From NCBI GenBank assembly GCA_965230925.1, contig OZ246403.1:138455-202454 (forward strand): a stretch of 64,000 bases of DNA. Direction: 5' to 3'. Each line of letters starts with the position of its first letter. Within the stretch, counting starts at the first letter, position 1. The stretch is from an uncultured Candidatus Saccharibacteria bacterium (GTDB taxonomy: Bacteria > Patescibacteriota > Minisyncoccia > Phycocordibacterales > JACOZG01). This document shows positions 27,176-35,917 of this stretch, piece by piece. The notes under the pieces are model-generated. The model worked only from the letters and a program-made list of their open reading frames with translations. It did no database searches and was not told where the DNA came from. A program made the position numbers and the translations under genes.

Positions 27176-28498
27176 ATGCTTACCGCGTTTAAAAAAATTG
27201 TTAGTGCGATTTTAATCTTCGAGGCGCGACTCGTCCTCGCTAAGTATCACCCGAAAGTCATCGCCGTTACCGGCAGTGTGGGAAAAACGGGAACCAAAGA
27301 AGCAGTCTATCAAGCATTGAAAAATATTTATTCCATCCGTGAGAGTGAGAAGAGCTACAATAGCGAGATCGGCCTCCCGCTCACTGTGCTCGGGGCAAAA
27401 AATGCTTGGCATGACCCCTTAGGTTGGCTTGAAGTGTTTCTCCACGGTCTTGGTCTCATTTTCCGTAAGCGAGAATACCCGAAATGGCTGGTGGTAGAAG
27501 TTGGGGTTGATCGCCCCGGCGACATGCACGCGGTAACAAAGTGGCTCAAGACCGACATTGTGATCATTACGGCGCTGCCCGAAACACCGGTGCACGTGGA
27601 ATTCTTTCCTTCTAGCGAGAGTTTGATTAGAGAAAAAAGTTTAATCTTAGAAACCTTGCGCCACGGCGGCACCGCTATTTTAAACGGCGATGATGAACGG
27701 ATTCGCCAAGTGCGCGAGTGGAAGAAAGCCAATCTCATGGCCAAAAATGTTCGCGTTTTAACCTACGGCTTCGAGACCGGCAATGACTTGCAAGTAGAAG
27801 CTATCGGCCCGCTCTACGAGGGCGAAGAGGGGAATCAGCGGCCAGCGGGCTTGAACATCAGAATTGATTATCGTGGCAATTCTCTGCCCGTTAAGCTCCC
27901 CGGAATTCTTGGTCGTCATCAAGTTTACGCCGCTCTTGCCGCCCTCTCGGTTGGCCTCGCTCGCGATCTTAATCTTATCGAAATCATTTCCTCGCTTGAG
28001 CATTACACGGCACCGCCAGGTCGCTTGCGCCTAATTGCGGGGAAGGAAAACACCACCATTCTCGACGACACCTACAACTCTTCTCCCGCGGCGCTCACGG
28101 CAGCTCTTGAGACCTTGTCCTCGTTCGAAACTGGTGGAAGAAAAATCGCGGTCTTAGGCGACATGCTAGAGCTGGGCGAACACACCGTCGCCGCCCATCG
28201 CGCGGCAGGTAAACAAGCCGCAACTTTCCTTGATCTCTTAATCACCGTGGGACCGCGGGCGAAATTTATTTCTGACGAAGCCACCAAACGAAAAATGGGC
28301 AAGCGCAAACTCCGTCACTTCGATACTATCGCGAGCGTGATCACCGAGCTCCCGCCACTTCTCAAATCTGGTGATCTCATTCTGGTGAAGGGCTCACAAG
28401 GCGTAAGAATGGAAAAAATTGTGGCCGCACTTATGGCCAATCCCGACCAACAAAACACTCTCCTCTGCCGCCAAGACCCCGAGTGGCAAAAACGCTAA
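27176..28498 (+). CDS. murF: UDP-MurNAc-tripeptide:D-Ala-D-Ala ligase
   Basis: VTGSVGKT.TK, NSEIGLPLT, DDTYNSSP, LGDMLELG, KGSQ. Confidence 0.93.
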   Translation: MLTAFKKIVSAILIFEARLVLAKYHPKVIAVTGSVGKTGTKEAVYQALKNIYSIRESEKSYNSEIGLPLTVLGAKNAWHDPLGWLEVFLHGLGLIFRKREYPKWLVVEVGVDRPGDMHAVTKWLKTDIVIITALPETPVHVEFFPSSESLIREKSLILETLRHGGTAILNGDDERIRQVREWKKANLMAKNVRVLTYGFETGNDLQVEAIGPLYEGEEGNQRPAGLNIRIDYRGNSLPVKLPGILGRHQVYAALAALSVGLARDLNLIEIISSLEHYTAPPGRLRLIAGKENTTILDDTYNSSPAALTAALETLSSFETGGRKIAVLGDMLELGEHTVAAHRAAGKQAATFLDLLITVGPRAKFISDEATKRKMGKRKLRHFDTIASVITELPPLLKSGDLILVKGSQGVRMEKIVAALMANPDQQNTLLCRQDPEWQKR

Positions 28499-28563
28499 AG
28501 GGCTGATATAGTCAGGCAAACCAGATCTTTTCACCTTAAACCCCAAGAAAGGAGGAAACTCGG

Positions 28564-29058
28564 GTGAGTGTTTACTGGAGCAGAGAATTAGAACAACGGT
28601 TAGACCGAGCAAGACACTATACCCACCTATGGTGGGTGGGACGAGAAGTACTCCGGCGAATGCCAACCCCGGTCGTGGCTGTTTCTGGTCCCATCTCAAC
28701 CGGAGGCTTTGGTTCGATTGATGAAAATTGTCGAGCTTTTGAGTTGGCAATAAGGTATCTTGAAGGGCGGGGGCATATTGTTTTCAACCCGCTACCGTTT
28801 CAAGACAAGATGATTGAGTTCATCAAAAAATTCCAGATAAACAATCCTGGCGTGTATGATATGAGGCTCTTGGAACGATTTTACGGACCATTCTTTGATT
28901 CAGGTCTTGTTGGTGCCGTGTACTTCTTGCCCGGATGGAGAAAATCAACGGGAGCCTCATGGGAACGAGAGCGAGTGAAATTACGAAAAATCCCAATGTT
29001 CAGGTTTCCATCAAGGGCATTCAGCACAATCAAGGACCGAATTCAACGAAGCGCCTAA
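28564..29058 (+). CDS. DUF4406/DUF1937-like protein (nucleoside deoxyribosyltransferase-like fold)
   Basis: SGPIS, L..RGH.VFNP, VYFLPGW.KS.GA.WE; promoter TGGCAA-N17-TATAGT (28484-28512), SD AAAGGAGG, hairpin 29088-29114. Confidence 0.75.
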   Translation: MSVYWSRELEQRLDRARHYTHLWWVGREVLRRMPTPVVAVSGPISTGGFGSIDENCRAFELAIRYLEGRGHIVFNPLPFQDKMIEFIKKFQINNPGVYDMRLLERFYGPFFDSGLVGAVYFLPGWRKSTGASWERERVKLRKIPMFRFPSRAFSTIKDRIQRSA

Positions 29059-29189
29059 GTAGTGTTTTCTTGGAAGAACTTAAGCAAAGCCCCGGCTGCA
29101 AACGCACCGGGGCTCCATCATCTCTGGGCTGGCAAAAAGGGTGAAAAAGTGTTAGATTTTGTCGAACATTCGCCCCGCGAATGGTTCAA

Positions 29190-29261
29190 GGCCCTATCGT
29201 CTAACGGTTAGGACGGAAGCTTCTCAAGCTTTAAATCCGGGTTCGATTCCCGGTAGGGTCA
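29190..29261 (+). tRNA. tRNA-Glu (anticodon CTC), CCA not encoded
   Basis: Cloverleaf: GGCCCTA/TAGGGTC acceptor, GAAGC-TTCTCAA-GCTTT anticodon arm, CCGGG-TTCGATT-CCCGG T arm. Confidence 0.96.
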
Positions 29262-29331
29262 CATTCAGAAACTTGGTCGATAAAAAAACCAGAATAAGGC
29301 ATAATACTTATTATTCACTTAAGCTAAAATC

Positions 29332-29439
29332 ATGATGTACACAACAATGTTTAGCTGGTCATCACCGGTTGGGTTGGGAATTTTTATCCTCTGCCTTGGC
29401 CTCGCCGTTTACTTCTTCAGCAAGTCCAGCAAACGGTAA
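29332..29439 (+). CDS. 35-aa single-pass membrane peptide (not in ORF track)
   Basis: MMYTTMFSWSSPVGLGIFILCLGLAVYFFSKSSKR; TM with basic tail. Confidence 0.6.
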   Translation: MMYTTMFSWSSPVGLGIFILCLGLAVYFFSKSSKR

Positions 29440-29446
29440 TAGAGTT

Positions 29447-30268
29447 TTATTTTTCCAACGCAGATCTTAATGCTCGATTGTGGTCTATTTTTTGCCCACC
29501 TTTTTTCACAAACTCAAACATATCTTTAAGAAACGCTGTCATGCTGTGATTGGTAATCTCGATTGCCACTTCTTCACGCCAATTGATTAAAAGAGAGGTG
29601 TTTTTAAAAAGCCACAATTCCGCATCGTGGTTAAAGTGATTGTCAGCAAAGCAAGTGTAATCGGCCATACGTCCTTCTAAACTTTGGACAGAGTCTTGAT
29701 ATTTTTTTGGGTTAGCACTGATCTCCTGCCGATAAGCCTTATAAGCACTCGCGTTTAACATTCCTTCAATAATGAGGTGGTTTTTGATAATAGCCTTATT
29801 GAAAGCAACTAACTGAGCGGGAGTTATTTTCTCCAGAAGTTCATTATATGAACGGTGATGCTGGATACCCTTAATACGCTCGTTCTTATTCTCAGAAGCA
29901 ATACGTGCGTAAGCGGGGATAATTTCTTTAGTTCCCACGTGAATAATAAATTCATCTTCCTTGGTGGTTTTTATCCGGGCACCTTTTTGATTGGTACTGC
30001 TAGTTCTTGCCTCGTTCAAAATCAATTGCAGGTGATCTATTAACTCGTTCTCTGTTAAGGCAATGTACGATTTTCTCTTACCTTCTCGGACCACGCGCAC
30101 CAGACCTCTTTTCTCCAGAATATTAAGCCGGTAAATAATCCCGGTTCTAGAGATTCCTGCTTCTAGAACCAAATTATTGATGTTTTTGACACCAGACAAA
30201 GCCTCAAGAATCTTCTTTTCGTTGGTACTTAAACCCAAGGCTTCATATATTCGTCTCCGGGTATTCAC
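29447..30268 (-). CDS. TrmB-like winged-helix transcriptional regulator
   Basis: LGLS.NE..I..AL, AGISRT.I...L..L..RGLV; C-terminal effector domain. Confidence 0.8.
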   Translation of the reverse strand: MNTRRRIYEALGLSTNEKKILEALSGVKNINNLVLEAGISRTGIIYRLNILEKRGLVRVVREGKRKSYIALTENELIDHLQLILNEARTSSTNQKGARIKTTKEDEFIIHVGTKEIIPAYARIASENKNERIKGIQHHRSYNELLEKITPAQLVAFNKAIIKNHLIIEGMLNASAYKAYRQEISANPKKYQDSVQSLEGRMADYTCFADNHFNHDAELWLFKNTSLLINWREEVAIEITNHSMTAFLKDMFEFVKKGGQKIDHNRALRSALEK

Positions 30269-30410
30269 ACGCTAGAGCATAGTGTATAACTAATTTTTAG
30301 TCAAACCACTAAAGACAATATAGCCATATTTAGAGCCATAAACTTGTAAAATCAAACCATTTTAAATCTAGCTCTATATAACAAACTCTTTAGCTTGTAT
30401 ACTACTCGTC

Positions 30411-31535
30411 ATGAATAAAAATAAAGTCATTTGGGTGGTTGTGGTCCTCGTCCTAATTGTAGTAGCTTTTGCGGTAATAGATTCTAAAAAGCCTAGCGGT
30501 CCCGAAGGGGATTTTAAGTTGGGAATTATTGCACCTCTAACAGGAGACTTTGGGGCCGTGGGGGAAAATGTAGTTAGGGGAATGAAAACCGCTCAAGCGG
30601 TATATGAAGCAGAAACGGGAAACAAACTTGATTTAATTATCGAGAACGATGAAGCCGACGCCGCCACCGGTTTGAGCGCGTATAAAAAATTGACTGAAAT
30701 TGACGAGGTAAAAGGTCTAATCAACACCTTCACCTCTACCATGGATGCTATTTATCAGCCAGCTAAATCACTTGGTTACCCGGTAATGATGGAGTTCCTG
30801 CAAGCCAACAACGTGGCTGACGATTATGTATTCCAGATGACCCTTGGCAATGACCATGTCTGGGATCGATATGCTAAATATATTTCTCAATCAAACTTTG
30901 ATCAATCCAAGGTCGTAGTGGTTCACTCCATTGATGCTGCTCAGGCCTCATTTGCCAACACTTTCACCCCTTCATATGGCAAACCCGTGACAACAATTGT
31001 GGCTTCTTCTGATAAAAACGGCCTACGCTCTGACGCAGCAAAAATTGCGGCCTTAAAACCCACCTTGGTAATCTTCTTCATGACCCCAGAAAACGGGGCA
31101 ATCTTAACGAAAGAACTTCTACCCTTGCTTAGCTCGTCAACCAAATTGGCCTACGACATCCAGTTAACTACCGGCATGTCCTACTACCAACAGCAACTAG
31201 GCGGGAACCTTTCTAAAATTGATGGTGCCATTGCGCTCATGTTTGAGGGCGACCAGACGAGCGAAGAATATAAACAATTCTTAGCTGAATATCAGAAACT
31301 CTATCCTGGAGAACAGCCGGGCTTCTTGGCAGATTATGGCTACGACACCTTGTTAACCTACATGAACACTTACGACAAAGATAATGCTAAATGGATTCAA
31401 AACCTTAAAGATTTTAGAAGTGGAGGAGCTAGCGGGGAAGTGATGTTTGATGAAAAGGGTGTTCGCATTTCTCCGCTGGTTATCAAAACAGTCGCAAACG
31501 GCGAGCTGCAAACCACCTCAAGACTGCCGTTTTAA
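30411..31535 (+). CDS. Branched-chain amino acid-type (LivK/PBP6) substrate-binding protein, membrane anchored
   Basis: KLGIIAPLTG.FG..G, YGYD, GASGEV.FD.KG. Confidence 0.85.
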   Translation: MNKNKVIWVVVVLVLIVVAFAVIDSKKPSGPEGDFKLGIIAPLTGDFGAVGENVVRGMKTAQAVYEAETGNKLDLIIENDEADAATGLSAYKKLTEIDEVKGLINTFTSTMDAIYQPAKSLGYPVMMEFLQANNVADDYVFQMTLGNDHVWDRYAKYISQSNFDQSKVVVVHSIDAAQASFANTFTPSYGKPVTTIVASSDKNGLRSDAAKIAALKPTLVIFFMTPENGAILTKELLPLLSSSTKLAYDIQLTTGMSYYQQQLGGNLSKIDGAIALMFEGDQTSEEYKQFLAEYQKLYPGEQPGFLADYGYDTLLTYMNTYDKDNAKWIQNLKDFRSGGASGEVMFDEKGVRISPLVIKTVANGELQTTSRLPF

Positions 31536-31751
31536 AAAAGAAAAAACCGCCCCGAGAGTTCGAGACGGCTTCGCCACATTCTGGGCAAACACCCGAGGTG
31601 TTGCCGGTCAGGTTGTAGCCCCCGGTTCAAGATTAACTTCTTTCACCCGAGGATCAATCAGAAATGATGCAAAAAATTCTTCTCCGGCCGAGAAGGCTGT
31701 TCCTGATAAAAACATTGCTCCAAGAAGGACCGCAATCAGAAACTTCCGCAT
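31533..31751 (-). pseudogene. Chimeric remnant: signal peptide and DUF916-like N-terminus joined out of frame to a zinc-finger C-terminus and terminator
   Basis: MRKFLIAVLLGAMF...IDPRVKEVNLEPG (31751-31608); -1 frame 31620-31561 reads GYNLTGNTSGVCPECGEAVS; GU-rich hairpin plus U-tract. Confidence 0.6.
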
Positions 31752-31765
31752 GCTATAATTCTTGC

Positions 31766-34441
31766 ATGGTGGTAAAGCGGTGGCAAGAAATGAGGCCAAA
31801 AACCCAGCCGTGGTATCGGTTGGGTGCGGCTGATGTGGCGATGAAGTTGAGCACCGACGTCAAGGTCGGCCTCGCTGGTGAAGAAATTGAGAAGCGGCGC
31901 GAGCGCTTTGGCGAAAACACTTTCAAGAAAGGGCGGGAATTATTTTTCTTCGATTTGGTTTATAAGCAGGTTAAAAGCCCCCTCGTGCTCCTACTTTTCG
32001 GCGCGGCTTTACTTACTCTCATTCTCGCTGAGTTTGCCGATGCTCTGGTTATTTTTCTTGTGGCCGCCGCCAATGTTCTCCTCGGTGCACGGCAAGAAGG
32101 GCGGGCGAGTCAAGCGTTTAAGAAAATTGCCGCCGCTCATGAGAACTTTGCTACCGTCATTCGCGGCGGCGAGAAGTTGATTGTCCGAGCCGCGGAGCTC
32201 GTGCCTGGCGACCTCGTTATCCTCTCGGCGGGCGACGTGGTCCCCGCCGACGGCCGCTTGGTGGAGACAAATAATCTCTGGATCAGCGAGGCGGCGCTCA
32301 CGGGTGAGTGGCTCTCGGTGCCCAAGGATACCGAACGCATTGCCCGCGAAGTGAGGCTCACCGAGGCCAAGAACATGGTTTGGCTTGGGACCACCATCGC
32401 CTCCGGCACCGGCCTAGTGATCATTACCGAGACCGGTGAAAAGAGTGAGATGGGAAAAATTGCAGCCACGCTCGTGGATCCTCTCGAGCAAGAAACGCCG
32501 TTCCAGCGCGAGATTAAACGACTTTCTAAGATTATCAGCATCATTATTCTTGGACTTATTGTCATTCTCGCTATAGTGGGTCTGGCTCGGGGCCTCGGCT
32601 TCGGCGAGACGTTAACCTTAAGCATTGCCATGGCCGTGGCCGCACTACCGGCCGGCCTACCTGTTGTCGTTACCATCATTCTTGCCATTGGTCTTGAGCT
32701 TATTTTGCGCCGTGGCGGCTTGGTAAAGAACTTGGTCGCCGCCGAAACTTTAGGTAGCACCACGGTTATTCTCACCGATAAAACCGGCACTCTTACCCGC
32801 GCCGAGATGACGGTCTCCACTCTTCTCACGCGCGACAATGAACTCAAAGATAATCAGAAATTACTCGAGCTTGCCCTCCGCGCCACCGATGCCTTCATTG
32901 ATAAGAGTAAGGCCGAAGTGTACCCGCCGCCACTCGTGGGTCGCCCCATCGATCGCGCCATTCTCGCTCACGCCATTGAGCAAGGAAGACTTGAGGATCA
33001 TCAAGCGCTCGTGGAAGAACGCCTCGCCTATATTCCATTTGATTCCGCCCAACGCTTCGCCGGTGTTCTCTATCAGCCACAGAAGAAAGGGGCGAAGCGA
33101 ACTTTTTCTCTCATCGGTGCGCCAGAACTCTTGCTCCAACATTCCAAATTTTATTCGCGCCTTGGTCGCAACCGAGTGCTTAAGAAAGCCGATCGCGAAT
33201 ATTTTGAAAACTATCTCGCCACCGAGGCCAAGGCTGGGGCTCGCGTGGTCGCCGTAGCCTTCAAGCAAGTTGGCTGGGATCATCTTGATCATGATCGACC
33301 AGAACTCTTGTCTGAACTCACCTTCGCTGGATTGGTGGTTCTCACTGACCCCATTCGCGAGGATGTGAGCGAGGCCATTAGTCTCGCGCGTGGCGCGGGC
33401 CTTCGAGTGATTATGGTCACGGGTGATAATGCGGCCACCGCACTCTCAGTGGCTCAAGCCACAGGCATTGTGAGCGGCGATCATAAAGTTATTCTTGGTG
33501 ATGATCTGTCTAAATTTACTGAGGAAGAACTTGATAAATCGCTTGCCGAGCATCAAGTTTTTGCCCGGCTCTTACCAGAAGATAAGTTGCGAATTCTCCG
33601 CGCTTTGCAGAAGCAAGGCGAGATTGTGGCCATGACCGGCGATGGGGTCAACGATGCCCCAACCTTGCGTCACGCCGATATTGGCCTGGCGCTCGGCTCA
33701 GGCACCGATCTCGCTAAGGAAGCGGCAGATCTCGTACTCGTCGACAACAGCTTCAATGTCATCACGGCGGCGATTGAGGAGGGGAGACGCATTTTGGATA
33801 ATCTAAAAAAGGCGACGATTTATCTCTTCTCTACCAGCTTGAGTGAGATCGTACTGGTTGGTAGTGCTCTCGTACTAGGTTTAGGCCTCCCAATTCTCCC
33901 GACCCAAATTCTCTGGACCAATGTGATCGAACAGGGCTTCATGGCCCTTGCTTTTGCGTTTGAGCCGGCTGGCGCTTATTTACTGAAACGGAATCCGCGC
34001 TCGCGCGAAATGAAAAATATTATCACCCCACCGATTCTCGTTTTCATCATCGCCCTCACCGCTCTCTCTGGTCTCATGCTCTTCGGCTTCTTCTTCTGGG
34101 CCAAGGGTTTACTCGGAGTGGAGACGGCTCGCACGCTCATGTTTATTGCCCTCTCACTCGACTCGCTCTTCCTCGTCTTCTCGCTCAAGAATCTCGATAT
34201 TCCCATTTGGAAAATTAATCCGTTCTCCAACCGTCATCTAGTTCTTGCCTTCGGCGCTAGTATCTTCGCCCTCGTTCTCGCTCTCGCTTTGCCACCATTG
34301 CGAAATTTGCTCCATCTCACCACGCCTAAGTTCTGGGAAATTATGGCAGGTATTGGCTTCGGCCTCCTTGTGCTTGGTATCGCCGAAATGGTTAAATATC
34401 TTGTCTTCAAGCGAACCATGGGACAATCAAAACATGCTTAA
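31766..34441 (+). CDS. Cation-transporting P-type ATPase (P2A-like)
   Basis: LTGEW, DKTGTLT, MVTGD, MTGDGVNDAP; start behind TGCTATAAT. Confidence 0.93.
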   Translation: MVVKRWQEMRPKTQPWYRLGAADVAMKLSTDVKVGLAGEEIEKRRERFGENTFKKGRELFFFDLVYKQVKSPLVLLLFGAALLTLILAEFADALVIFLVAAANVLLGARQEGRASQAFKKIAAAHENFATVIRGGEKLIVRAAELVPGDLVILSAGDVVPADGRLVETNNLWISEAALTGEWLSVPKDTERIAREVRLTEAKNMVWLGTTIASGTGLVIITETGEKSEMGKIAATLVDPLEQETPFQREIKRLSKIISIIILGLIVILAIVGLARGLGFGETLTLSIAMAVAALPAGLPVVVTIILAIGLELILRRGGLVKNLVAAETLGSTTVILTDKTGTLTRAEMTVSTLLTRDNELKDNQKLLELALRATDAFIDKSKAEVYPPPLVGRPIDRAILAHAIEQGRLEDHQALVEERLAYIPFDSAQRFAGVLYQPQKKGAKRTFSLIGAPELLLQHSKFYSRLGRNRVLKKADREYFENYLATEAKAGARVVAVAFKQVGWDHLDHDRPELLSELTFAGLVVLTDPIREDVSEAISLARGAGLRVIMVTGDNAATALSVAQATGIVSGDHKVILGDDLSKFTEEELDKSLAEHQVFARLLPEDKLRILRALQKQGEIVAMTGDGVNDAPTLRHADIGLALGSGTDLAKEAADLVLVDNSFNVITAAIEEGRRILDNLKKATIYLFSTSLSEIVLVGSALVLGLGLPILPTQILWTNVIEQGFMALAFAFEPAGAYLLKRNPRSREMKNIITPPILVFIIALTALSGLMLFGFFFWAKGLLGVETARTLMFIALSLDSLFLVFSLKNLDIPIWKINPFSNRHLVLAFGASIFALVLALALPPLRNLLHLTTPKFWEIMAGIGFGLLVLGIAEMVKYLVFKRTMGQSKHA

Positions 34442-35492
34442 TCTTGGCTTAATCATTGGAGGAATTCTCGGCGGCCTACTAATAGCGGGCTTAATTTTCT
34501 ATTTTTTAAAGAAGCAACAACCGGCAACTGAAGAAAATAGTGGCGCCATGACTCTTCTCCAAAACCAGCTTCACGAACTCACTCGCGTTCTCGACACCAA
34601 GCTTACCGACTCCAGCACCAAACTTCATCAATCAATGCAAACACAGGCGAGCGAGTCGAACCGGATTATCCGCGATGTCACCGAGCGGCTCACTAAGCTC
34701 GACGAGACCAATAAACAAGTCATTGGCTTCACCGATCAACTTAAGTCGCTACAAGATGTGCTTAAGAATCCGAAACAGCGGGGGATTTTGGGTGAATACT
34801 TTTTAGAAACCTTGCTCAAGAATGTTTTGCCCACCGGTAGTTACCAGATGCAATACCCATTCCGCGACGGCAATATTGTGGACGCCGCCGTCTTCGTGAA
34901 AGATAAAATTGTGCCGATTGATTCCAAATTTTCGCTCGAGAATTACAACCGTCTCACGGAAGCAAGTGACCCAAGCGAGCGCGATCGGCTCGAGAAAGTC
35001 TTCGTTAGTGATTTAAAAAACAGAATTCTTGAAACATCAAAATATATTCGTCCCGAGGAGGGGACCATGGACTTCGCCTTCATGTTTATTCCACACGAGG
35101 CAATTTATTATGATCTTTTGGTCAACAAAATTGGGGCGGTAACAGAAGATACCGAGAATCTGATCCAGCGCGCGGCAGGAAAGTATCGGGTGATTATCGT
35201 CTCACCAACATCCTTCCTCGCTTACTTACAAACCGTATTACAAGGTTTGAAAGCGTTGCAAATTGAGGAATCAGCCAAAGAAATCCGGGCGCGAGTAGAA
35301 GAATTAGGCAAACACCTCGGCGCTTATGATCAATATATGAATAAGCTCGGCAATGCCCTCGGCACCACCGTGAATCATTACAACACCGCCTATAAAGAAT
35401 TAAAAAAGGTAGACAAAGACGTGCTCCGCATCGCCGGCACCAATAACGGTATCGAAACCCTCACTATTGATAAGCCAACCTTGGAGGAATGA
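34434..35492 (+). CDS. rmuC: DNA recombination protein RmuC
   Basis: K.RG.LGE..LE, PIDSKF, T.DFAFMFIP.E, VSPT. Confidence 0.92.
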   Translation: MLNLGLIIGGILGGLLIAGLIFYFLKKQQPATEENSGAMTLLQNQLHELTRVLDTKLTDSSTKLHQSMQTQASESNRIIRDVTERLTKLDETNKQVIGFTDQLKSLQDVLKNPKQRGILGEYFLETLLKNVLPTGSYQMQYPFRDGNIVDAAVFVKDKIVPIDSKFSLENYNRLTEASDPSERDRLEKVFVSDLKNRILETSKYIRPEEGTMDFAFMFIPHEAIYYDLLVNKIGAVTEDTENLIQRAAGKYRVIIVSPTSFLAYLQTVLQGLKALQIEESAKEIRARVEELGKHLGAYDQYMNKLGNALGTTVNHYNTAYKELKKVDKDVLRIAGTNNGIETLTIDKPTLEE

Positions 35493-35568
35493 AATCGCGT
35501 TTGACGCGATAGAAAAAGGGAACGCCATTACTGACGTTCCCCAAACTACTACGGCACCCAGAAACTGT

Positions 35569-35769
35569 TCAGATTCCGCTACCATCCGTGTGCATGGGTG
35601 GCGGGGTTTGTGGTTTAGTCCGAAAAGTTTTCCGGACAATCACTCGACCGCATATTGCACAAGATGTATCGTTCGGTTGCTTTTGTCTCGGTTGCGGGCA
35701 TTCGCAAGATGATCCACCTCGCGCCTGCGACTTATCTGATGTCCTGGCCATTGATTCGTCGTAACTCAT
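35569..35769 (-). CDS. Small orphan with CxC...CxxC zinc-ribbon-like motif
   Basis: Promoter TAGACT-N16-TAACCT (35866-35839), SD GGGAGG, terminator 35518-35541 with U-tract on minus strand. Confidence 0.65.
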   Translation of the reverse strand: MSYDESMARTSDKSQARGGSSCECPQPRQKQPNDTSCAICGRVIVRKTFRTKPQTPPPMHTDGSGI

Positions 35770-35867
35770 ACGGACCTCCCTCGTTTATCCAGCATAATGA
35801 CGATTAGCCCACTGCCAACCGCGTTCAAATCCAAATTTAGGTTACCACAAGAGGGGAATTAGTCTAG

Positions 35868-35905
35868 ATGTTCAACATCCGATGTTGAACATTCAATGTC
35901 CAACA
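35868..35905. repeat. Palindromic TGTT(C/G)AACA-type repeat with 14-nt period
   Basis: atgttcaacatc-c-gatgttgaacat perfect inverted repeat; 35883-35905 matches reverse complement of 38105-38127 at 22/23. Confidence 0.75.
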
Positions 35906-35917
35906 AAAGGGGAGGAG

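Noticed and set aside
29190-31760. tRNA-anchored genomic island with att duplication
   Set aside because: No second copy of the tRNA 3' end was found by eye and there is no integrase.
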